Below, piece after piece: positions 11,061 through 19,168 of a stretch of DNA of 64,000 nucleotides. This DNA comes from Barthelona sp. PCE. Taxonomy: Eukaryota. The translations under genes were made by a program, and so were the position numbers. Each line of letters opens with the position of its first letter. The stretch's first letter is position 1. The stretch is from contig JAUFOR010000003.1 in assembly GCA_040285745.1 (NCBI GenBank), positions 1-64,000 on the forward strand, in the 5' to 3' direction. The notes under the pieces are model-generated. The model saw nothing but the letters and a program-made list of their open reading frames with translations, had not been told where the DNA came from and searched no databases.

Positions 11061-12540
11061 AGATAGTAGTATCATACTTCAACATGTTCGATGGGGTTCA
11101 GTAGAGTCCATTTGTGATATCTTATGCGGATCTCTGTACGTTGATATACCCTTGGGGGCGTTGGAGCGAGCACTTGATGTTGAAATTCATGATGATGCAT
11201 CAACAGATAGTATTTCTACCTCAATAGTTTTAAATATTTCACATTTTGAACTCACAAAGAACTTTTTTAACGGCAAGTATGAGAATGACGATGAATCAAT
11301 GTTGAAAATCAAGCGCATTTTATCTTCAACTGATAACACTTATGATTCCAATACACACTATCGTCACTTTCTAAGCCCTTTATACAAGGAGCCTCAAGGG
11401 TTTTCTTTGGAGCAAGAGATGTGGGAAATGTGCCGTGTATATCTGCGTGCTTTTCGTTGTATGGTGTTCGTGCAACAATTGTGCAGCGCCGAATCAACGT
11501 CTGTTTTGCAAGCTTATCATCACGTTGCAAAGTTGCTGTTCTATATCCTGAAGAAACGAAGTGATGCTGCAAGAGAGCACACAGAAACATTTTTGTACAA
11601 GTACCTCTCTGGTTTGTTCGAGTATTTGCGCCATTATTTTTGCAAGTATCTCATAATGCCCGAACCATTGGCAGCATATCTGCTCTGCAGTGAAGAAGAT
11701 GTGTGGGTTGAAACCATTTCTAATGAACATAGGAGTAATGAACCCCGAAAGAGCAATTTTGCTGAAGAGTTGTATGACGAGTTTTTAAATGCAAAGCTGA
11801 AGTATCTCATAGCTTCTGATATCACTGAGCTTTCTGATAAAAGCTTTGAATTTGCACGTCTTAAAGGATTGATGATCTATTCATTTTTGCCAACAAAGTT
11901 CCAAGCGTTTAGGCCCGATTACCCTTTTGCTAGTATTACAGGTTTACACGCTGATTTTGAACGGGAGATAGGTAATGAATTCAGGAAAATTGGAAGTTGC
12001 AAAGGCTTGGTTGCCCATATCATTTCCATTCTCTGTTCCAATTTTGATGCATGTTTCTCTGCTTCCTGCGAAAGTCGGGAGAAGGGAGTTGAACATGATC
12101 AAACCGTTGAAGAGAGATCAAATGGTTCTCCAAGCCAATTTCTTATGAGTTCTGTAGTATCCCCAAGACGAGTAAGACAAACGAGAACAATTGGCGGCAC
12201 ACCAACACGTATTCAAAGGACTGAGCAGGATAAGTATGATTTTTCCGATCAGGGTGTGCGTGAAAATGATATCCGTCTAGCGCTTGCCTATGGTCACACG
12301 AACCCAGCAGTGAAAGGTGTGGAAAAGATACGGGAATTAGTGCATAAGTACAAAAACACTGTAGCAAGCAATGCTGGTGTTGAGCGTGGGTTTTCCAATT
12401 TAAAAAATGCTCATAGTGCACAACAAACAAGACTTAAAACGAAATTGCGGTATAGTTGGTACGTGTTCAATAATAGTACTGCAACATCAGCAATTTCCAT
12501 CAAAGATTTTAGAGCTCTAGGGTTCAGGAGTGAAGAATAA
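11059..12540 (+). CDS. hAT transposase, C-terminal part (ORF2, +1 frame relative to ORF1)
   Basis: VRWGS corresponds to the hAT TRWNS motif. ASNAGVERGFSNLK...TRL matches the hAT C-terminal dimerisation region holding the catalytic Glu. There is no in-frame ATG before the RW motif. Confidence 0.8.
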   Translation, partial: RDSSIILQHVRWGSVESICDILCGSLYVDIPLGALERALDVEIHDDASTDSISTSIVLNISHFELTKNFFNGKYENDDESMLKIKRILSSTDNTYDSNTHYRHFLSPLYKEPQGFSLEQEMWEMCRVYLRAFRCMVFVQQLCSAESTSVLQAYHHVAKLLFYILKKRSDAAREHTETFLYKYLSGLFEYLRHYFCKYLIMPEPLAAYLLCSEEDVWVETISNEHRSNEPRKSNFAEELYDEFLNAKLKYLIASDITELSDKSFEFARLKGLMIYSFLPTKFQAFRPDYPFASITGLHADFEREIGNEFRKIGSCKGLVAHIISILCSNFDACFSASCESREKGVEHDQTVEERSNGSPSQFLMSSVVSPRRVRQTRTIGGTPTRIQRTEQDKYDFSDQGVRENDIRLALAYGHTNPAVKGVEKIRELVHKYKNTVASNAGVERGFSNLKNAHSAQQTRLKTKLRYSWYVFNNSTATSAISIKDFRALGFRSEE

Positions 12541-12681
12541 CCAGAAAATGAGTAAGAAGTTCATTGTATTTATTTCGCTTTTACTGTACGTATTTTGGGA
12601 TATTTGCATAGTGCTCTAACCCTTTTAGGTCTTAAAATAAAAAAGTATTGAACCAAGTTGTCCCACTATTTTTCAAACCTC

Positions 12682-12805
12682 AGTAGATCCAAAATGTTCT
12701 CTTTATGTTAGAGCTTTTATGTCAAAGTCAGTCTGAAATACACCCAGTATGCCAACAGTTTACATCTAAAGATCCACGGTTTTTGGGGTAGGTCCTGAAA
12801 TCCTA
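12682..12805 (-). repeat. Right terminal inverted repeat (124 bp)
   Basis: Exact reverse complement of 8742-8865. Confidence 0.97.
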
Positions 12806-12961
12806 TTTGAGATGTTTTACCACAAGTAAAGAGAGTTTGTTAATATAAACACCATATTCAATCTAACAGCAGTTTTTAGCTACTGTACAGAAACTACCAG
12901 CATTTGTGCATCCTTATTAATTGTTTCTTTTTTTCTTCCATTTACTCTATAATTTTAATTA

Positions 12962-13486
12962 ATGCAGACTTCAAATCATTATATTCAACCTACTAAAGCT
13001 TATACAGCGGTTCCTGTACTTCAAAAAGATGATTTACACACAAACAATGTTACGTTGTCGGAATCACAGTCTAATTCTGTACTCACACAGGGATCAGTCG
13101 ATGGAAAATCGAGTTGGACAACGCTGCAGCTGATTTTAACATGGATTAATATTGTTGGAGCAGGTGTATCAATTTTTTGGATGCTTGTAGTATTTTACAT
13201 TTATGTATTTGTTCCAATTTTGATATTGATCTTTTGTGCAGCCTTGTTCATGTTGGTAGAAATCAAATGCCAGTCTGTATTGTGCAAAGAGCCCAAGAAC
13301 TTGAAACATTTAAAGGTTTTGCTTATCTATCGTTACCTTGCTGGTTCTGCAATCATTTTTGGGTTCCTCACATTCATTGAAATTGCATCCATTCTGGGCA
13401 TGATGTACGTAGGGCTTGTTATGTTCAGCATGTACAAGACTTATGAGTTCTGTAAGGACAAGGTTGATGATTTTCAGCGAATTTAG
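12962..13486 (+). CDS. Small multi-pass membrane protein
   Basis: 174 aa with about four hydrophobic segments after a Ser/Thr-rich N-terminus. Confidence 0.7.
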   Translation: MQTSNHYIQPTKAYTAVPVLQKDDLHTNNVTLSESQSNSVLTQGSVDGKSSWTTLQLILTWINIVGAGVSIFWMLVVFYIYVFVPILILIFCAALFMLVEIKCQSVLCKEPKNLKHLKVLLIYRYLAGSAIIFGFLTFIEIASILGMMYVGLVMFSMYKTYEFCKDKVDDFQRI

Positions 13487-13743
13487 ATTAATAGTTTTTC
13501 AAGTAAAGGAGTATTGGCGTATTAAAGATGTATGTACATATCATACACCTGATTATCTGTCGAAATAGTCATTTTTATCATGAAAAACAGCAAATATCCA
13601 GTATAGACAATTAATTTATGGCTAACAGCGAATAGTCAGTAAATTATACCTCATTATACTCAGAAAAAGCTACATTAAAATAGTTTGAGACGATTTCTTA
13701 TTTCTAACCATTAAAGGGCATAATTGAGGATACAATATATACA

Positions 13744-14454
13744 ATGACTACAGAATACACATTTGATTCCAATCTTACCAGTGAAGATCTTGAAAAGGTC
13801 AAACAAGCAAAGATCTTCCAAGATTTCCTTTCAAATCGCGATCCAAACGTTGAGCTTAAGGAAGTTCACCTCCAAAGTGTTGATTACTTTGGCCCTAGAG
13901 TGGGATTTATTAAATTACGCACAAAAACAGTGGTGGAAGGTCAAACTATTCCTGGTATTGTTTTACTGCGTGGCGGCGCTGTTGCTGTATTTGTCGTCCT
14001 GATTGACGATGAAACCGGAAAGAAATACTCACTTCTTGTGGATCAACCTCGCGCAGCTATTGGGAAATTCATTTTTGAGTGTCCTGCAGGAATGTTAGAT
14101 GCTTCTGGAGAGTTTAAGTCAGTTGCAAAGAAGGAGATTGAGGAAGAAACAACATTAATCCTCGATGAAAGCGAGTTTGTTGACCTCACTCATATGTATT
14201 CTCCTGAATGCCAAGATCCAGGACTTTATTGCTCTGTTGGTCTTATGGACGAATTCCTGCGCTTCTTCGCTGTAGAAAAACACGTTGACACCGCTACAAT
14301 CGATAGACTGCATGGAATTGAGGCTGGTGAGCGTCATCATGGTGAACTCATTAAAGTACATATTGTTGATCTCGACAATGTTCCCAAGTCGACATGTGAT
14401 ATGAAAACCATCATGGCGTACTTAATGTATAAGGATTGGAAAAGGGAGAATTAA
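13744..14454 (+). CDS. Nudix hydrolase, ADP-sugar pyrophosphatase-like
   Basis: Nudix box PAGMLDASGEFKSVAKKEIEEETTL, with VDYFGPRVGFIK and PGIVLLRGGAVAV as in plant/protist NUDX14-type enzymes. Confidence 0.85.
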   Translation: MTTEYTFDSNLTSEDLEKVKQAKIFQDFLSNRDPNVELKEVHLQSVDYFGPRVGFIKLRTKTVVEGQTIPGIVLLRGGAVAVFVVLIDDETGKKYSLLVDQPRAAIGKFIFECPAGMLDASGEFKSVAKKEIEEETTLILDESEFVDLTHMYSPECQDPGLYCSVGLMDEFLRFFAVEKHVDTATIDRLHGIEAGERHHGELIKVHIVDLDNVPKSTCDMKTIMAYLMYKDWKREN

Positions 14455-14813
14455 CTACTTTTTTTTCGAACACGCCTCCTTCGAATAACAGGTTTTTGTG
14501 TTTTCTTTGCAAATAAAAAGCTATTATTTTCAATATAACGATTCTTTGTTGACCCAAAGTTAACAAAGGGAGCATCTGGAGCATCTTCAAACTCGATATC
14601 CAGTTGTTTTGGAATCGGAAAAGTTTTTGTAACACATTTAGCATCAAATGTGAACTCATCATCACGCTGATTCCACTTTTCCTCCCTTTTCTGCTTATTA
14701 TTACCCTTCTTATTTGAGCGTAAATTATGTGTTTTTGTTGGTTTCATTTTTTCAGTACCAACAGTCACAGATGTTGTTGACGCTGTTCCCTTACGCCGCT
14801 TTTTGAACCCCAT
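14451..14813 (-). CDS. Small basic hypothetical protein (MGFKKRRKG...)
   Basis: Likely ATG at 14813; Lys/Arg-rich termini; the stop shares TTAA with the Nudix gene. Confidence 0.55.
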   Translation of the reverse strand: MGFKKRRKGTASTTSVTVGTEKMKPTKTHNLRSNKKGNNKQKREEKWNQRDDEFTFDAKCVTKTFPIPKQLDIEFEDAPDAPFVNFGSTKNRYIENNSFLFAKKTQKPVIRRRRVRKKSS

Positions 14814-14890
14814 TTTCGAATAAAAAAATAACAAATGAAGAGAAAAGGATGGTAATAGGATTTCAACCTTTTCATTATCGTATTTTTTTA

Positions 14891-16078
14891 ATGATATCAA
14901 CACAACTGCCAGTGTTTGTATCAAGGGGGTATGAGTCCACTCCAACAAAACCAATTCGAAGAGTACAAATTGGTAGGGTTGTTGCACCACGTATAGCAAA
15001 GAGTCCACCTTTGAAAGTGCAATCTACAGAAGAAAAACCAACTACACCCATCGGAAAGACAGTGAAGAAACCGTCGTTGGGCAAAGAAGGAGCATCTATT
15101 AAAAAACTCACTCCTAAGCTTCAGCTTAAGAAGAAGAAGGCAGGGGAGGAGGGTGAAAAGACAGAAGAAAATGCCGAGACCAAGAAGAAATTATCTTTAA
15201 AGCTGGGCAAGTCAAAGATTGGTGCAAAGAAGGCCCTTCCCATAAAAAAGGGGGCTACAAAGGTATCCCGTGTTAACATTCCTGATTTTGACCTTTCAGA
15301 GTTTATGGAAACAGCAAAGAAGACCAAGAAGTGGGAATCGCGAAAAATTGATTTTGGGGTTCTTAAACGTCTTCCATGTGCATTTTCTACCTTTCTAGAG
15401 GAGGTACAGGAGACAATCCAGGGCCCAGATGATCACATATCAATCTGGCTTCTCTGCGTCAATCTATTTACCCGTATTTCAAATGCTGGAAACAGAACTG
15501 CCCCACACAGTAATACACTCCAGCCCATCCTCAGCGTCGTCGGCGACCTCGTTGAGTGCGGGGAGTATCCGGTGTTTTTTGCAATGCTCATGTGTGAACT
15601 GGGACGGCGCTTTCCTGTGATCATGTTCAATATAGACCAGCACACGAGTTTGTACGAGAAGCAGCTGGATAAGACTCGAGAACGACAGGAAAAGCAGCGT
15701 GGACTGGGAACCGGGTCTAAGCACGATACAGTTGTTGATGATCCCTTCGAGCAACGCGCTATTGCCATTGGTTCCTTCATAGGATTGCTTCTTGCCCACC
15801 TGTCGGACAACGAGATAGCCCTGAAGGAGCTGTGTCGATTTGTGTGGCGCTTTTCGGCGTTTGCTGATGCTGAGGCTCGGAAAGAAGTGAACTCAACTGT
15901 TAATCACATGTTTTTATTCTTCAGCTACGTCTTGAAGTATGGAGGAGGTACCCTGAAGAAGGTGTACGGCAAGAGCTTTTCTGGTTGGATAGCTCGATTG
16001 CAACAAGTTGCCGACCTGCTTGAAGAAAAGGGTGGTGACAAGGGTCGGCTTCTGGCTGTTCTGGAGGGACTTACTTAA
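14891..16078 (+). CDS. Lys-rich N-terminus plus helical C-terminal domain, possibly GLE1-like mRNA export factor
   Basis: WRF...FSYVLKYGGGTLKKVYGKSF...GRLLAVLE loosely resembles the GLE1 C-terminal pattern. Start codon uncertain. Confidence 0.4.
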   Translation: MISTQLPVFVSRGYESTPTKPIRRVQIGRVVAPRIAKSPPLKVQSTEEKPTTPIGKTVKKPSLGKEGASIKKLTPKLQLKKKKAGEEGEKTEENAETKKKLSLKLGKSKIGAKKALPIKKGATKVSRVNIPDFDLSEFMETAKKTKKWESRKIDFGVLKRLPCAFSTFLEEVQETIQGPDDHISIWLLCVNLFTRISNAGNRTAPHSNTLQPILSVVGDLVECGEYPVFFAMLMCELGRRFPVIMFNIDQHTSLYEKQLDKTRERQEKQRGLGTGSKHDTVVDDPFEQRAIAIGSFIGLLLAHLSDNEIALKELCRFVWRFSAFADAEARKEVNSTVNHMFLFFSYVLKYGGGTLKKVYGKSFSGWIARLQQVADLLEEKGGDKGRLLAVLEGLT

Positions 16079-16857
16079 CCGTTCAGCTGACGAAGGATGG
16101 CGCATAGTCCATGAATGCACCATTTGATTTCCTTCAGCTCTTCTTCTATCGCAGACTGGTCGCTTGACTGATCGGCGTCTGTAATACAGCACACCCAATA
16201 CTCATGCAGCTTCGTGTCCAGTTCAAGATGTACCGGGTCTAGAGGAACCTTAAAGCTCTGTGCTTGGAAAACTGTCTTGTCGAAAACTGTGTGTATACTG
16301 GCTGGAACATCATCAAGAGCGTTCATCGCGAACGTGCACCCAATAAAAAGTGGCATGATGTTCATTATACGGTTTGAACTTCGGATAGATGGTGAGAACG
16401 GGAATGCTACTCCATTTGAACTCAACAAAGTTATATCTCGATCTGTTTTAAAAAATTTGAAGAAATCAGGAATCGACCTCCGCACTATGGGCTCAATGTG
16501 GTCACTAAAACTCCTGAACTTGTGTATGCTAAAAGTGCTACCATCTGCAAAAGGAAAAAGTGTTGAAAAAGAGTTTATGATGGCTTTAGCAACAAAATTA
16601 CCAAGCGTTGGTCCGCTCTCTGGGTCCAGAAATAATATGCACGTGCACAAACTGTTTTTATCATCAAAAAATTGTATGCTTAAGTTTCCTAGCTCATAAT
16701 AGTTAATGGAAGATCCAATAACTTGCTTCGTTCTCTCCTTTAGAGTAAAAAAAAGTGGTGCAATGTCCGATAACGGCATTGGGAATATAAATTCGGAAGA
16801 TTCGTATTTAAATAAAGGTAAACCACTAGGAGATACAATCAAAACCCCATGTATCAT
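16075..16857 (-). CDS. Longin-like domain protein
   Basis: The N-terminus MIHGVLIVSPSGLPLF is a typical longin beta1-beta2 hairpin. Confidence 0.6.
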   Translation of the reverse strand: MIHGVLIVSPSGLPLFKYESSEFIFPMPLSDIAPLFFTLKERTKQVIGSSINYYELGNLSIQFFDDKNSLCTCILFLDPESGPTLGNFVAKAIINSFSTLFPFADGSTFSIHKFRSFSDHIEPIVRRSIPDFFKFFKTDRDITLLSSNGVAFPFSPSIRSSNRIMNIMPLFIGCTFAMNALDDVPASIHTVFDKTVFQAQSFKVPLDPVHLELDTKLHEYWVCCITDADQSSDQSAIEEELKEIKWCIHGLCAILRQLNG

Positions 16858-17057
16858 TCCTTTTTGACCCGAAAAATCCGATTAAATGAAAATAAAACTT
16901 GAAATGGTGAAGAATTTTGAAAACAAGTTTTTTAAGGTTGTATACTTCGGTGGGATGTTTTATATTCTTCAGAAAACACGGAAATTGTAATAATTTAGAT
17001 GAATTCAAATAGAGCATTGTTTTCTGTATTATTTCACTTTTCGTAATTAGTTCTGAG

Positions 17058-17960
17058 ATGAATACTCCTCAGTCGGGTACCAGAACGAAGTTACCAGAAA
17101 TCACAAGGGCAACTAGCAGCACTAGCATTAATGGTGAGGATGTTTCTCGCCGATCTTCATTAAACAATTTTTATGAGTCAGATCAATATTCCCCCCGCAA
17201 CAGTTCATACCCTAAGTCAGCAGATCAGGTCAGAAGAAAGCTTCTTCGTTCGCATCAAAGTTTACCAAATTTATCGTTTAGTGCGATGAAACATAGGGAA
17301 AAAGCTTTAACTCCACAACACAAAACTTCCAGAGACGATAGATCAAGATCGCAAAGTCTTCATAATTCAAAGGGAATTGCAAGTTCTCCTTATTTGAGCT
17401 CAAAGAGATCACGAAATTTGTTCTACAACCACTTTAAGTTGAAGAGAACGAACTCACAATCGAAGTTACGTCGTCTAATTAAGCAGCAGGCGGAAGAGGA
17501 CGAGGAAACAATAAGAATTCGAGAAATTTCTCGAAAAAATGCACAAAAGTCAAAAGAGAAAAGAATGAAGCGACGTAAACAGCACAGGACCGATAAAGAC
17601 GAAGAAAGGTTGAAGAAAAGTAAGTCTACTGTTGAAGATTTGTTATTGTTGGGTCAAAGGCAGCAGCAACTACGTGAAGGTGTCGATTTTAAGATGTCAA
17701 AAGAGAAAATGGAGGAGTTTAGGCAGCAAGAGATCGCCATGATGATGTATCATGACCGACTTCGCAGGAGGGTTGAGGTGTCTTTAAACGTTGATATAAG
17801 GAACGAGGATGAACACGAGCTTCAGATAATGCGCATTGAGCGTAGAAAAATGCTTGAGAAGCGAGTCAGGCAGCGTAGAGAAGATATGTATGAAGATGAA
17901 TATGATTCAGAGTACAGTTACTATGATTCTGAGGAAGAAGGTTCCGAGGAAGATGATTAG
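17058..17960 (+). CDS. Low-complexity/coiled-coil hypothetical protein
   Basis: 300-aa ORF, Ser/Arg-rich then charged helical, with an acidic tail. Confidence 0.7.
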   Translation: MNTPQSGTRTKLPEITRATSSTSINGEDVSRRSSLNNFYESDQYSPRNSSYPKSADQVRRKLLRSHQSLPNLSFSAMKHREKALTPQHKTSRDDRSRSQSLHNSKGIASSPYLSSKRSRNLFYNHFKLKRTNSQSKLRRLIKQQAEEDEETIRIREISRKNAQKSKEKRMKRRKQHRTDKDEERLKKSKSTVEDLLLLGQRQQQLREGVDFKMSKEKMEEFRQQEIAMMMYHDRLRRRVEVSLNVDIRNEDEHELQIMRIERRKMLEKRVRQRREDMYEDEYDSEYSYYDSEEEGSEEDD

Positions 17961-18054
17961 TTGTGTTGTAAAATAGATAGATTGATGAGTAAATTTTTCA
18001 TTTGTAATACTTTTTCTCCCTCTCAACTACTTTTTTTTTACATTTCATTCAGTT

Positions 18055-19123
18055 ATGTCTGCACAAACATACAGACTGTTCGATTGCATTGTGGCACATG
18101 CCTGGAATGGGGATTTTACTGGTATTTTTTTCTTCTTTCACATCCAATTTTAAGATTTAACATTTAGAAATTGCAGTATCAAATGGATCAGCCGACATTC
18201 ATCTTTTTAAGGTTGATAAGACAGATAAAGTATGGAAGTTTGAGCAATATGCTGTTTTATCCGAACACAATAGCCGTGTAACATCTTTGGATTGGGGATC
18301 AAACACAGATATGATTGTTTCATGTTCAACTGACAGATCAGCATACGTATGGACACGGGAGAGCAAAACCACCAATTTTCAACCACAGTTAGTACTGATA
18401 GATTTACGTTTTGCAGCAAGCTTCGTGAAGTGGAGCCCATGCGAGTCAAAATTTGCACTTTGCTCAGTTGATAAAAGCGTTTTTGTGTGCTTTTATAATG
18501 AATCTGAAAGATTTTGGTTTTCTCAGAGAGTGACCAAGCATAAGAGTGCAGCATTGAAGGTCCACTGGCACCCTGGATCTCTAGACGTGATCTCAACATC
18601 AACAGATTCGACATATCACACAGCACCGGCTTGTATTACAGAGGAGACTCCTGTCTTTGGTGGCCCTGTGCTAACTAACATGGGAAGCTGGACTCTCGAT
18701 GCACAGTGGTCCCCTACAGCACAATGGATAGCTATCGTATGTCAGAACTCCACCATTAAGTTCGAGGACAAGGACGGAAACGTTCAAACTTTGTATCTTC
18801 CCACACTTCCGATGACAAATCTTCTATGGAAAGATGAAGACGTTGTGATAGGCGTTGGTTTTGAGAGTATTCCATGTGTTTTCAAGTTAGCAGAGGAAGG
18901 ATGGGCTCTTGACAGCAAACTCAAGACCAAAGAAAGAAAGGGAAGGTCAATGGCTATCCAAGCGGCGATGACAATGTTCGGGGAGAGCAAAACACAACGA
19001 CAGGGGGAGAAATCACCTCATAAGTGTCCACCTACAAGTATGTTGTGGTGCAACGATGAAAAAACTGAAATATCCACATCTTCTGAGGATGGAGAGCTTG
19101 TAGTATGGTTTTATAGTGAGTAA
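18055..19123 (+). CDS. ARPC1: Arp2/3 complex subunit 1 (WD40); exons 18055-18121 and 18168-19123
   Basis: Spliced product reads MSAQTYRLFDCIVAHAWNGDFTEIAV...EHNSRVTSLDW...IVSCSTDRSAYVW...PQLVL...VKWSP.ESKFA, all ARPC1 signatures. Confidence 0.92.
18122..18167 (+). other. 46-nt spliceosomal intron in ARPC1
   Basis: GTATTT...TTTAACATTTAG; removal restores the conserved HAWN-x-D N-terminus in frame. Confidence 0.9.
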
Positions 19124-19168
19124 AATTCGTGTTTATTAATATTATTTCCATATCATAATGCTGATTCA

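Larger units (their letters stand above)
8742..12805 (+). mobile_element. hAT-superfamily DNA transposon, 4,064 bp
   Basis: Identical 124-bp TIRs beginning TAGG. Flanking 8-mers TTTGAGAA (8734-8741) and TTTGAGAT (12806-12813) match at 7/8. Internal ORFs carry hAT motifs. Confidence 0.92.

Noticed and set aside
12615-12630. CTAACCCT as a telomerase RNA template or telomeric seed
   Set aside because: It is a single 8-mer inside the transposon. The window has no tandem telomeric repeats and no supporting structure.
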